DNA of 64,000 bases from the human T2T-CHM13v2.0 reference genome, Homo sapiens. A program made the translations under genes and the position numbers. Positions 1-14,100 of this stretch are shown one piece after another; position 1 is the first letter of the stretch, and each line of letters starts with the position of its first letter. Below the pieces are notes generated by a model, which saw only the letters and a list, made by a program, of their open reading frames with translations, made no database searches and was not told where the DNA came from. The stretch is from assembly GCF_009914755.1 (NCBI RefSeq), contig NC_060933.1. One strand, given 5' to 3'.

Positions 1-123
1 CGATTGCAATCGTGTTGATTCCATTCCATTCCATTCCATTCCATTCCATTCCATTCCATTCCTTTCCATTCCATTACGGATGATTCCATTCCATTGCATT
101 TCATTCCATTCCATTCCCCTGTA

Positions 124-133
124 CTCGGGTTGA
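124..133 (-). other. Sat III punctuating decamer CAACCCGAGT (ACTCGGGTTG on +), representative of the most frequent variant word
   Basis: Seen repeatedly across the window with variants ACTCGTGTTG, ACTCGCGTTG, AATCGAGTTG and ATTCGGGTTA. It occupies exactly two pentamer slots. Established as the interspersed motif of Sat III. Coordinates are +/-1. Confidence 0.85.
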
Positions 134-2003
134 TTCCATTCCATTGCATTCCAATCCATGCCATTCCACTCGTGTTGATTCCATTCTTTCCATTCCATTC
201 AAGTTGAATCCATTCCATTGCATTCCATTCCGTTCGATTCCATTCGATTGCACTCGGGTTGATTCCATTCCATTGCATTCCATTCCATTCCATTCCATTC
301 CATTCCATTCCGTTCCATTCCATTCCATTACATTCGGATTGATTCTATTCAATTCCCTTACACTCCATTACATTCCATTCCATTCGGGTAGTTTCCATTC
401 CATTCCATTCCATTCCTCTCCATTCCATTGCACTCGGGTTGATTCCATTCCATTGCATCCCATTCCATTCCATTCAATTCCATTCCGTTCCATTCCATTC
501 CATTACATTCGTATTGATTCTTTTCAACTCCCTTAGTCTCCATTACATTCCATTCCATTCGGGTTGTTCCATTCCATTCCATTCCATTCCATTCAATTCC
601 ATTCCATTCCATTGCATTGCATTCCATTCCATTCCCCTGCACTAGCGTTGATTCCAATCCATTCCATTCCATTCCATTCCATTCCATTCCATTCCATTCC
701 ATTCCATTCCATTCCTTTCCATTCCATTCCATTCCATTCTATTCCATTCCATTCCGTTCCGTTCCGTTCCGTTCCATTCCATTCCATTCCATTCTATTCG
801 GGTTAATTTCATTCCATTCCATTCGATTGCAGTCGAGTTGATTCCATTCCATTCCATTCCATTCCATTCCATTCCATTCCATTCCATTCCTTTCCATTCC
901 ATTACGGAAGATTCCATTCCATTGCATTCCATTCCATTCCATTCCCCTGTACTCGGGTTGATTCCATTCCATTCCATTCCAATCCATGCCATTCCACTCG
1001 TGTTGATTCCATTCTTTCCATTCCATTCAAGTTGAATCCATTCCATTGCATTCCATTCCATTCCATTCCCCTGCAGTCGGGTTGATTCCATTCCATTCCA
1101 TTCCATTCCATTCCATTCCATTCCATTCCATTCCAATCAAGTTGATTCCATTCCATTCCATTCCATTCCATTCCATTCCATTCCATTCCACTCCATTCCA
1201 GTCCTTTCCATTCCATTCCACTCGGGTTGATTCCAATGTATTCCTTTCCATTCCATTCCATTCCATTGCAATCGAGTTGATTCCATTGCTTTGCATTCCA
1301 TTCCATTCCATTCCATTCCGGATGATTCCATTCTATTGCATTCCATTCCATTCCATTCCCCTGCACTCGGGTTGATTCCATTCCATTCCACTCCATTCCA
1401 TTCCATTCCATTCCATTATATTGTATTCGGGTTAATTCCATTCCATTCCGTTCCATTCCATTCCATTCCATTACAATCGAGTTGATTCCATTCCATTCCA
1501 TTCCATTCCAGTCCTTTCCATTCCAATCCACTCGGGTTGATTCCATTCTATTAGTTTCCATTCCATTCCATTCCCTTCCATTCCACTCTGGTTGATTCCA
1601 TTCCTTTCCATTCCACTCGAATACATTCCCTCCTATTCCACTCGGAACGATTCCATTCCATTCCATTCCATTCCATTCCATTCCATTCCATTCCATTCCA
1701 TTCCATTTCGTTCCATTCCATTCTATTCCGTATCATTCCATTCCATTCCATTCCATTCCATTCCATTCCATTCCATTCCATTGTACTCCGGTTGATTCCA
1801 TTCCATTGCATTCCATTCCATTCCATTCCATTCCATTCCGTTGCATTCCATTCCATTATATTCGGATTGATTCTATTCAACTCCCTTACTCTCCATTACA
1901 TTCCATTCCATTCGGGTTGTTCCATTCCTTTCCATTCCATTCCACTCCATTCCATTGCACTCGGGTTGATTCCATTCCATTCCATTCCATTCCATTCCAT
2001 TCC

Positions 2004-2018
2004 ATTCCGGAAGATTCC
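2004..2018. promoter_or_regulatory. Perfect three-unit heat-shock element (aTTCc gGAAg aTTCc), representative of a recurring word
   Basis: Seen: ATTCCGGAAGATTCC matches nTTCnnGAAnnTTCn exactly. In copy 1 it also occurs at 3403, 5694, 7206, 7939, 9377 (TTCcgGAAttTTC), 15199, 16897, 18335, 18974 and 20146. The motif match is direct; function at this locus is inference. Confidence 0.55.
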
Positions 2019-2269
2019 ATTCCATAGAATTCCATTCCATTCCATTCCCCTGCACTCGCGTTGATTCCATTCCATTCCATTCCATTCCATTCCATTCCAT
2101 TCCTTTCCGTTCCATTCCATTCCATTCCATTCCATTCCATTCCATTCCGTTGTGTTCCATTCCATTCCATTCCATTCCATTCCATTGCATTCCATTCGGG
2201 TTAATTCCATTCCAATCCATTCGATTGCAATCGAGTTGATTCCATTCCATTCCATTCCATTCCATTCCA

Positions 2270-5200
2270 TTCCATTCCATTCCTTTCCATTCCATTACGG
2301 ATGATTCCATTCCATTGCATTCCATTCCATTCCATTCCCCTGTACTCGGGTTCATTCCATTCCATTCCATTCCAATCCATGCCATTCCACTCGTGTTGAT
2401 TCCATTCTTTCCATTCCATTCAAGTTGAATCCATTCCATTGCATTCCATTCCATTCCGTTCCCCTGCAGTCGCGTTGATTCCATTCCATTCCATTCCATT
2501 CCATTCCATTCCATTCCATTCCGTTCCGTTCCATTCCGTTCCATTCCATTCCTTTCCATTCTATTCGGGTTAATTCCGTTCCATTCCATTCCATTCCATT
2601 CCATTCCATTCCAATCGAGTTGATTCCATTCCATTCCATTCCATTCCATTCCACTCCATTCCAGTCCTTTCCATTCCATTGCACTCGGGTGGATTCCAAT
2701 GTATTCCTTTCCATTCCATTCCATTCCATTGCAATCGAGTTGATTCCATTGCTTTGCATTCCATTCCATTCCATTCCATTCCGGATGATTCCATTCCATT
2801 GCATTCCATTCCATTCCATTCCGCTGCACTCGGGTTGATTCCATTCCATTCCACTCCTTTCCGTTCCATTCCATTCCATTCCATTTTATTCGGGTTAATT
2901 CCATTCCATTCCATTCCATTCCATTCCATTCTATTCCATTCCATTCCATTACAATCGAGTTGATTCCATTCCATTCCATTCCATTCCATTCCAGTCCTTT
3001 CCATTCCATTCCACTCGAGTTGATTCCATTCTATTAGTTACCATTCCATTCCATTCCCTTCCATTCCAATCTGGTTGATTCCATTCCTTTCCATTCCACT
3101 CGAATACATTCCCTCCTATTCCACTCGGAACGATTCCATTCCATTCCATTCCATTCCATTCCATTCCATTCCAGTTCGTTCCATTCCGTTCTATTCCGTA
3201 CCATTCCATTGCATTCCATTCCTTTCCATTCCATTCCTTTCCACTCGTGTTGATTCCATTCCTTTCCATTCCATTCGGTTTGAAGGCCTTCCATTCCATT
3301 CAATTCCATTCCATTCCATTCCTTTCCATCCCATTCTATTCCATTCCATTGCAATCGAGTTGAATCCATTGCCTTTCATTCCATTCCATTCCATTCCATT
3401 CCATTCCGGAAGATTCCATTCCATTGCATTCCATTCCATTCCGTTCCCCTGCACTCGCGTTGATTCCATTCCATTCCATTCCATTCCATTCCGTTCCGTT
3501 CCATTCCATTCCATTCCATTCCATTCCATTCCGTTCCGTTCCATTCCATTCCATTCCATTCTATTCGAGTTAATTCCATTCCATTCCATTCGATTGCCAT
3601 CGAGTTGATTCCATTCCATTCCATTCCATTCCATTCCATTCCATTCCTTTCCATTCCATTACGGATGACTCTATTCCATTGCATTCCATTCCATTCCATT
3701 CCCCTGTATTCGGGTTGATTCCATTCCATTCCATTCCACTCCATTCGGTTCCGTTGCATTCCATTCTATTGCATTCCATTCTATTCGGGTTAATTCCATT
3801 CCATTCTATTCCATTCCATTCCATTCCATTCCATTGCAATCGAGTTGATTCCATTGCTTTGCATTCCATTCCATTCCATTCCATTCCATTCCGGATGATT
3901 CCATTCCATTGCATTCCATTCAATTCCATTCCCCTGCACTCGTGTTGATTCCATTCCCTTCCATTCCATTCCATTCCGTTCCATTCCATTCCATTGCATT
4001 CTATTCCGGTTAATTCCATTCCATTCCATTCCATTCCATTCCATTCCATTGCAATCGAGTTGATTCCATTCCATTCCTTTCCATTCCATTCCATTGCCTT
4101 GCATTCCACTCGGGTTGATTCCATTCCCTTCTTTCCACTCCATTACATTCCCTTCCATTCCACTCGGAATGATTGATTCCATTCCATTCCATTCCATTTC
4201 ATTCCATTGCAATCCATTCCAATCCATTCCATTCCATTCCATTCCACTCGAGTTGACTTCATTCCATTCCTTTCCATTCCATTCCATTCCTTTCCGCTCG
4301 AGTTGATTCCATTCCATTCCATTCCATTGCATTCCATTCCATGCCATTCCACTCGGGTTGATTTCATTCCTTTGCATTCCATTCCATTCCATTCTATTCC
4401 ATTCCATTCCGTTGCATTCCATTCCATTACATTCGGATTGATTCTATTCAACTCCCTTACTGTCCATTACATTCCATTCCATTCGGGTTGTTCCATTCCA
4501 TTCCATTCCATTCCATTCCATTCCGTTCCGTTCCATTCCATTCCATTCCATTCCATTCCATTCCATTCCTTTCCATTCCATTACGGATGATTCCATTCCA
4601 TTGCATTCCATTCCATTCCATTCCCCTGTACTCGGGTTGATTCCATTCCATTGCATTCAAATCCATGCCATTCCACTCGTGTTGATTCCATTCTTTCCAT
4701 TCCATTCAAGTTGAATCCATTCCATTGCATTCCATTCCATTCCATTCCCCTGCAGTCGGGTTGATTCCATTCCATTCCATTCCATTCCATTCCATTCCAT
4801 TCCATTCCGTTCCGTTCCATTCCGTTCCATTCCATTCCTTTCCATTCTATTCGGGTTAATTCCATTCCATTCCATTCCATTCCATTCCATTCCATTCCAT
4901 TCCAATCGAGTTGATTCCATTCCATTCCATTCCATTCCATTCCACTCCATTCCAGTCCTTTCCATTCCATTGTACTCGGGTTGATTCCAATGTATTCCTT
5001 TCCATTCCATTCCATTCCATTGCAATCGAGTTGATTCCATTGCTTTGCATTCCATTCCATTCCATTCCATTCCGGATGATTCCATTCCATTGCATTCCAT
5101 TCCATTCCATTCCGCTGCACTCGGGTTGATTCCATTCCATTCCACTCCATTCCGTTCCATTCCATTCCATTCCATTTTATTCGGGTTAATTCCATTCCAT

Positions 5201-6790
5201 TCCATTCCATTCCATTCCATTCTATTCCATTCCATTCCATTACAATCGAGTTGATTCCATTCCATTCCATTCCATTCCATTCCAGTCCTTTCCATTCCAT
5301 TCCACTCGAGTTGATTCCATTCTATTAGTTACCATTCCATTCCATTCCCTTCCATTCCAATCTGGTTGATTCCATTCCTTTCCATTCCAGTCGAATACAT
5401 TCCCTCCTATTCCACTCGGAACGATTCCATTCCATTCCATTCCATTCCATTCCATTCCATTCCATTCCATTCCAGTTCGTTCCATTCCGTTCTATTCCGT
5501 ACCATTCCATTCCATTCCATTCCTTTCCATTCCATTCCTTTCCACTCGTGTTGATTCCATTCCTTTCCATTCCATTCGGTTTGAAGGCATTCCATTCCAT
5601 TCAATTCCATTCCATTCCATTCCTTTCCATTCCATTCTATTCCATTCCATTGCAATCGAGTTGAATCCATTGCCTTTCATTCCATTCCATTCCATTCCGG
5701 AAGATTCCATTCCATTGCATTCCATTCCATTCCGTTCCCCTGCACTCGCGTTGATTCCATTCCATTCCATTCCATTCCATTCCGTTCCGTTCCATTCCAT
5801 TCCATTCCATTCCATTCCATTCCGTTCCGTTCCATTCCATTCCATTCCATTCTATTCGAGTTAATTCCATTCCATTCCATTCGATTGCCATCGAGTTGAT
5901 TCCATTCCATTCCATTCCATTCCATTCCATTCCATTCCATTCCTTTCCATTCCATTACGGATGACTCCATTCCATTGCATTCCATTCCATTCCATTCCCC
6001 TGTATTCGGGTTGATTCCATTCCATTCCATTCCACTCCATTCGGTTCCGTTGCATTCCATTCTATTGCATTCCATTCTATTCGGGTTAATTCCATTCCAT
6101 TCTATTCCATTCCATTCCATTCCATTCCATTGCAATCGAGTTGATTCCATTGCTTTGCATTCCATTCCATTCCATTCCATTCCATTCCGGATGATTCCAT
6201 TCCATTGCATTCCATTCCATTCCATTCCCCTGCACTCGTGTTGATTCCATTCCCTTCCATTCCATTCCATTCCGTTCCATTCCATTCCATTCCATTCTAT
6301 TCCGGTTAATTCCATTCCATTCCATTCCATTCCATTGCAATCGAGTTGATTCCATTCCATTCCTTTCCATTCCATTCCATTGCCTTGCATTCCACTCGGG
6401 TTGATTCCATTCCCTTCTTTCCACTCCATTACATTCCCTTCCATTCCACTCGGAATGATTGATTCCATTCCATTCCATTCCATTTCATTCCATTGCAATC
6501 CATTCCAATCCATTCCATTCCATTCCATTCCACTCGAGTTGATTTCATTCCATTCCTTTCCATTCCATTCCATTCCTTTCCACTCGAGTTGATTCCATTC
6601 CATTCCATTCCATTGCATTCCATTCCATGCCATTCCACTCGGGTTGATTCCATTCCTTTGCATTCCATTCCATTCCATTCCATTCTATTCCATTCCGTTG
6701 CATTCCATTCCATTACATTCGGATTGATTCTATTCAACTCCCTTACTGTCCATTACATTCCATTCCATTCGGGTTGTTCCATTCCATTCC
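2270..6790 (+). repeat. Older ~2.29 kb tandem duplication inside the 20.6 kb unit (approx. 2270-4500 and 4560-6790)
   Basis: Near-identical ORFs at offsets 2286-2291 (2620 vs 4911; 3034 vs 5325; 4094 vs 6380; 4143 vs 6429). The halves differ at several SNVs (GAAGGCCTTCC vs GAAGGCATTCC; GGGTGGATT vs GGGTTGATT). Confidence 0.88.
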
Positions 6791-8077
6791 ATTCCATTCC
6801 ACTCCATTCCATTGCACTCGGGTTGATTCCATTCCATTCCATTCCATTCCATTCCATTCCATTCCGAATGATTCCATTCCATTGCATTCCGTTCCATTAC
6901 ATTCCCCTGCACTCGCGTTGATTCCATTCCATTCCATTCCATTCCATTCAATTCCATTCTATTACAATTCGTTCCATTCCATTCTATTCCGTACTATTCC
7001 ATTCCATTCCATACCATTCCATTCCATTCCATTCCATTCCATTCCATTGCGTTCCATTCCGTTCCATTCCATTCCATTCTATTCGGGTTAATTCCATTCC
7101 ATTCCATTCCATTCCAATCTATACCATTCCATTCCAATCTATACCATTCCATTGCAATCGGGTTGAATCCATTGCATTTCATTCCATTCCATTCCATTCC
7201 ATTGCATTCCGGAAGATTCCATTCCATTGCATTCCATTCCATTCCATTCCCCTGCACTCGCGTTGATTCCATTCCATTCCATTCCATTCCATTCCATTCC
7301 ATTCCGTTCCATTCCATTCCATTCCATTCCATTCCATTCCATTCCTTTCCATTCCATTACGGATGATTCCATTCCATTGCATTCCATTCCATTCCATTCC
7401 CCTGTACTCGGGTTGATTCCATTCCATTGCATTCCAATCCATGCCCTTCCACTCGTGTTCATTCCATTCTTTCCATTCCATTCAAGTTGAATCCATTCCA
7501 TTGTATTCCATTCCATTCGATTCCATTCGATTGCACTCGGGTTGATTCCATTCCATTGCATTCCATTCCATTCCATTGCATTCCATTCCGTTCCATTCCA
7601 TTCCATTACATTCGGATTGATTCTATTCAATTCCCTTACATTTCATTACATTCCATTCCATTCGGGTAGTTTCCATTCCATTCCATTCCATTCATCTCCA
7701 TTCCATTTCACTCGGGTTGATTCCATTCCATTGCATTCCATTCCATTCCATTCAATTCCATTCCGTTCCATTCCATTCCTTTACATTCGGATTGACTCTA
7801 TTCAACTCCCTTACTCTCCATTACATTCCATTGCATTCGGGTTGTTCCATTCCATTGCATTCCATTCCACTCCATTCCATTGCACTCGGGTTTATTCCAT
7901 TCCATTCCATTCCATTCCATTCCATTCCATTCCATTCCATTCCGGAAGATTCCATTCCATTGCATTCCATTCCATTCCATTCCCCTGCACTCGCGTTGAT
8001 TCCATTCCATTCCATTCCATTCCATTCCATTCCATTCCATTCCTTTCCGTTCCATTCCATTCCATTCCATTCCATTC

Positions 8078-8112
8078 CGTTCCGTTCCGTTCCGTTCCGT
8101 TCCGTTCCGTTC
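8078..8112 (+). repeat. (CGTTC)7 variant microsatellite run
   Basis: Seven consecutive CGTTC units. Homologous runs at 28686-28720 and 35249-35283 (7 units each), and at 20300-20329 and 53061-53090 (6 units each). Confidence 0.9.
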
Positions 8113-11100
8113 CATTCCATTCCATTGCATTCTATTCGGGTTAACTCCATTCCATTCCATTCGATTGCAATCGAGTTGATTCCATTCCATTCCATTCCAT
8201 TCCATTCCATTCCATTCCATTCCTTTCCATTCCATTACGGATGATTCCATTCCATTGCATTCCATTCCATTCCATTCCCCTGTACTCGGGTTGATTCCAT
8301 TCCATTCCATTCCAATCCATGCCATTCCACTCGTGTTGATTCCATTCTTTCCATTCCATTCAAGTTGAATCCATTCCATTGCATTCCATTCCATTCCATT
8401 CCCCTGCAGTCGGGTTGATTCCATTCCATTCCATTCCATTCCACTCCATTCCATTCCATTCCATTCCATTATATTTTATTCGGGTTAATTCCATTCCATT
8501 CCATTCCATTCCATTCCATTCCATTACAATCGAGTTGATTCCACTCCATTCCATTCCATTCCAGTCCTTTCCATTCCAATCCACTCGGGTTGATTCCATT
8601 CTATTAGTTTCCATTCCATTCCATTCCCTTCCATTCCACTCTGGTTGATTCCATTCCTTTCCATTCCACTCGAATAGATTCCCTCCTATTCCACTCGGAA
8701 CGATTCCATTCCATTCCATTCCATTCCATTCCATTCCATTCCATTCCATTTCGTACCATTCCATTCTATTCCGTATCATTCCATTCCATTCCATTCCATT
8801 CCATTCCATTCCATTCCATTGTACTCGGGTTGATTCCATTCCATTGCATTCCATTCCATTCCATTCCATTCCATTCCATTCCATTCCGTTGCATTCCATT
8901 CCATTACATTCGGATTGATTCTATTCAACTCCCTTACTCTCCATTACATTCCATTCCATTCGGGTTGTTCCATTCCATTCCATTCCATTCCACTCCATTC
9001 CATTGCACTCGGGTTGATTCCATTCCATTCCATTCCATTCCATTCCATTCCGGATGATTCCATTCCATTGCATTCCGTTCCATTACATTCCCCTGCACTC
9101 GCGTTGATTCCATTCCATTCCATTCCATTCCATTCAATTCCATTCCATTACAATTCGTTCCATTCCATTCTATTCCGTACCATTCCATTCCATTCCATAC
9201 CATTCCATTCCATTCCATTCCGTTCCATTCCGTTCCATTCCATTCCATTCCATTCTATTCGGATTAATTCCATTCCATTCCATTCCATTCCATTCTATTC
9301 CATTCCATTGCAATCGAGTTGAATCCATTGCATTTCATTCCATTCCATTCCATTCCATTCCATTCCATTCCATTCCATTCCGGAATTTTCCATTCCATTG
9401 CATTCCATTCCATTCCATTCCATTCCGTTCCGTTCCATTCCATTCCATTCCATTCCGTTCCGTTCCATTCTATTCCACTGCATTCTATTCTGGTTAATTC
9501 CATTCCATTCCATTCGATTGCAATCGAGTTGATTCCATTCCATTCCATTCCATTCCATTCCATTCCATTCCATTCCATTCCATTCCATTCCTTTCCATTC
9601 CATTACGGATGATTCCATTCCATTGCATTCCATTCCATTCCATTCCCCTGTACTCGGGTTGATTCCATTCCATTCCATTCCAATCCATGCCATTCCACTC
9701 GTGTTGATTGCATTCTTTCCATTCCATTCAAGTTGAATACATTCCATTGCATTCCATTCCATTCCATTCCCCTTCAGTCGGGTTGATTCCATTCCATTCC
9801 ATTCCATTCCATTATATTCCATTCCAATCAAGTTGATTCCATTCCATTCCATTCCATTCCATTCCATTCCATTCCACTCCATTCCAGTCCTTTCCATTCC
9901 ATTCCACTCGGGTTGATTCCAATGTATTCCTTTCCATTCCATTCCATTCCATTGCAATCGAGTTGATTCCATTGCTTTGCATTCCATTCCATTCCATTCC
10001 ATTCCGGATGATTCCATTCCATTGCATTCCATTCCATTCCATTCCCCTGCACTCGGGTTGATTCCATTCCATTCCACTCCATTCCATTCCATTCCATTCC
10101 ATTCCATTCTATTGTATTCGGGTTAATTCCATTCTATTCCATTCCATTCCATTCCATTCCATTCCATTCCATTCCATTGCAATCGAGTTGATTCCATTCC
10201 ATTCCATTCCATTCCAGTCCTTTCCATTCCATTCCTCTCGGGTTGATTCCATTCTATTAGTTTCCATTCCATTCCATTCCCTTCCATTCCACTCTGGTTG
10301 ATTCCATTCCTTTCCATTCCACTCGAATACATTCCCTCCTATTCCACTCGGAACGATTCCATTCCATTCCATTCCATTCCATTCCATTCCATTCCATTGT
10401 ACTCGGGTTTATTCCATTCCATTGCATTCCATTCCATTCCATTCCATTCCATTCCTTTGCATTCCATTCCATTACATTCGGATTGATTCTATTCAACTCC
10501 CTTACTCTCCATTACATTCCATTCCATTCGGGTTGTTCCATTCCATTCCATTCCATTCAACTCCATTCCATTGCACTCGGGTTGATTCCATTCCATTCCA
10601 TTCCATTCCATTCCATTCCATTCCATTCCATTCCGAATGATTCCATTCCATTGCATTCCGTTCCATTACATTCCCCTGCACTCGCGTTGATTCCATTCCA
10701 TTCCATTCCATTCCATTCCATTCCATTCAATTCCATTCCATTACAATTAGTTCCATTCCATTGTATTCCGTACCATTCCATTGCATTCCGTACCATTCCA
10801 TTCCATTCTATTCGGGTTAATTCCATTCCATTCCATTCCATTCCATTCTATTCCATTCCATTGCAATCGAGTTGAATCCATTGCATTTCATTCCATTCCA
10901 TTCCATTCCATTCCATTCCATTACGGAAGATTCCATTCCAATTCATTCCATTCCATTCCATTCCCCTGCACTCGCGTTGATTCCATTCCATTCCATTCCA
11001 TTCCAATCCATTCCATTCCGTTCCGTTCCATTCCTTTCCGTTCCATTCCATTCCATTCCATTCCTTTCCGTTCCATTCCATTCCATTCCATTCTATTCGG

Positions 11101-14100
11101 GTTAATTCCATTCCATTCCATTCGATTGCAATCGAGTTGATTCCATTCCATTCCATTCCATTCCATTCCATTCCATTCCTTTCCATTCCATTACGGATGA
11201 TTCCATTCCATTGCATTCCATTCCATTCCATTCCCCTGTACTCGGGTTGATTCCATTCCATTCCATTCCAATCCATGCCATTTCGCTCTTGTTGATTCCA
11301 TTCTTTCCATTCCATTCAAGTTGAATTCATTCCATTGCATTCCATTCCATTCGATTCCATTCGATTCCACTCGGGTTGATTCCACTCCATTGCATTCCAT
11401 TCCATTCCATTTCATTCCATTCCATTCCTTTCCATTCCATTCCATTCCATTCCTTTCCATTCCATTCCATTCCATTCCATTCCATTGCAATCGAGTTGAT
11501 TCCATTCCATTCCTTTCCATTCCATTCCATTGCCTTGCATTCCAGTCGGGTTGATTCCATTCCCTTCTTTCCACTCCATTACATTCCCTTCCATTCCACT
11601 CGGAATGATTGATTCCATTCCATTCCATTCCATTTCATTCCATTGCAATCCATTCCAATCCATTCCATTCCATTCCATTCCACTCGAGTTGATTTCATTC
11701 CATTCCTTTCCATTCCATTCCATTCCTTTCCACTCGAGTTGATTCCATTACATTCCATTCCATTGCATTCCGTTCCATGCCATTCCACTCGGGTTGATTC
11801 CATTCCATTCCATTCCATTCCATTCAATTCCGTTGCATTCCATTCCATTCCTTTCCCCTGCACTCGGGTTGATTCCATTCCATTCCATTCCATTTAATTC
11901 TATTCCATTCCATTCCATTCCATTCCAATCCGTTCCATTCCATTCCATTCTATTCCATTGCAATCGACTTGATTCCATTCCATTCCATTCCATTCCATTC
12001 TATTCCATTCCGTTCCATTCCATTCCATTTTTTTCCAATCCATTCTATTCCGAACCATTCCATTCCATTCCATTCCATTCCATTCCATTCCATTCCAGCC
12101 ATTCCACTCGGGTTGATTCCATTCCTTTCCATTCCATTCGGGTTGAATCCATTCCACTCCATTCCATTCCATTCGAATCCATTCCATTGCACTCGGGTTG
12201 ATTCCATTCCATTCCATTCCATTCGATTCCATTCCATTCCATTCCATTCCGTTCCATTCCATTGCATTACATTCACATTGATTCTATTCAATTCCCTTAC
12301 ACTCCATTATATTCCAATCCATTCTGGTTGTTTCCATTCCATTCCATTCCATTTCACTCCATTCCATTGCACTCGGTTTGATTCCATTCCATTCCATTCC
12401 ATTCCATTCCGGATGATTCCATTCCATTGCATTCCATTCCATTCCATTCCCCTGCACTCAGGTTGATTCCATTCCATTCCATTCCACTCCATTCGGTTCC
12501 ATTCCATTCCATTCTATTGCATTCCATTCTATTCGGGTTAATTCCATTCCATTCTATTCCATTCCATTCCATTCCATTCCATTGCAATGGAGTTGATTCC
12601 ATTCCATTCCATTCCATTCCGGATGATTCCATTCCATTGCATTCCATTCCATTCCATTCCCCTGCACTCGTGTTGATTCCATTACCTTCCATTCCATTCC
12701 ATTCCGTTCCATTCCATTGCATTCCATTCTATTCCGGTTAATTCCATTCCATTCCATTCCATTCCATTCCATTGCAATCGAGTTGATTGCATTCCATTCC
12801 TTTCCATTCCATTCCATTGCCTTGCATTCCAATCGGATTGATTCCATTCCCTTCTTTCCACTCCATTACATTCCCTTCCATTCCACTCGGAATGATTGAT
12901 TCCATTCCATTCCATTCCATTTCATTCCGTTGCAATCCATTCCAATCTATTCCATTCCATTCCATTCCAGTCGAGTTGATTTCATTCCATTCCTTTCCAT
13001 TCCATTCCATTCCTTTCCACTCGAGTTGATTCCATTCCATTCCATTCCATTGCATTCCATTCCATGCCATTCCACTCGGGTTGATTCCATTCCTTTGCAT
13101 TCCATTCCATTCCATTCCATTCCATTCCATTCCATTCCGTTGCATTCCATTCCATTACATTCGGATTGATTCTATTCAACTCCCTTACTCTCCATTACAT
13201 TCCATTCCATTCGGGTTGTTCCATTCCATTCCATTCCATTCCACTCCATTCCATTGCACTCGGGTTGATTCCATTCCATTCCATTCCATTCCATTCCATT
13301 CCATTCCATCCCGGATGATTCCATTCCATTGCATTCCGTTCCATTACATTCCCCTGCACTCGCGTTGATTCCATTCCATTCCATTCCATTCCATTCAATT
13401 CCATTCCATTACAATTCGTTCCATTCCATTCTATTCCGTACCATTCCATTCCATTCCATACCATTCCATTCCATTCCATTCCATTCCATTCCATTCCAAT
13501 CCATTCCGTTCCATTCCGTTCCATTCCATTCCATTCGATTCTATTCGGGTTAATTCCATTCCATTCCATTCCATTCCATTCCATTCCATTCCATTCCGTT
13601 CCGTTCCGTTCCGTTCCATTCCATTCCATTCCATTCCGTTCCGTTCCGTTCCATTCCATTCCATTCCATTCTATTCGGGTTAATTCCATTCCATTCCATT
13701 CGATTGCAATCGTGTTGATTCCATTCCATTCCATTCCATTCCATTCCATTCCTTTCCATTCCATTACGGATGATTCCATTCCATTGCATTCCATTCCATT
13801 CCATTACCCTGTACTCGGGTTGATTCCATTCCATTCCATTCCAATCCATGCCATTCCACTCGTGTTGATTCCATTCTTTCCATTCCATTCAAGTTGAATC
13901 CATTCCATTGCATTCCATTCCATTCGATTCCATTCGATTTCAGTCGGGTTGATTCCATTCCGTTGCATTCCATTCCATTCCATTCCATTCCATTCCATTC
14001 CATTCCGTTCCATTCCATTCCATTACATTCGGATTTATTCTATTCAATTCCCTTACACTCCATTACATTCCATTCCATTCGGGTAGTTTCCATTCCATTC

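Noticed and set aside
233-252. CGATTCCATTCGATT words suggesting HSat2
   Set aside because: They are sporadic, whereas HSat2 is dominated by CATTCGATTC-type and ATGATG words. This array is mostly pure CATTC with the Sat III decamer.
2005-2012. TTCCGGAA palindrome as a STAT (GAS) site or hairpin
   Set aside because: GAS sites need TTC-N3(or N4)-GAA spacing and this is N2. An 8-bp palindrome is too short for a meaningful hairpin. The ETS-like CCGGAAG overlap is noted but has no independent support.
12028-12034. T7 run as a Pol III or intrinsic terminator, or a retroposon tail
   Set aside because: It stays in pentamer register (CATTT TTTTC), so it arises by substitution. There is no upstream hairpin, RNA gene or target-site duplication.
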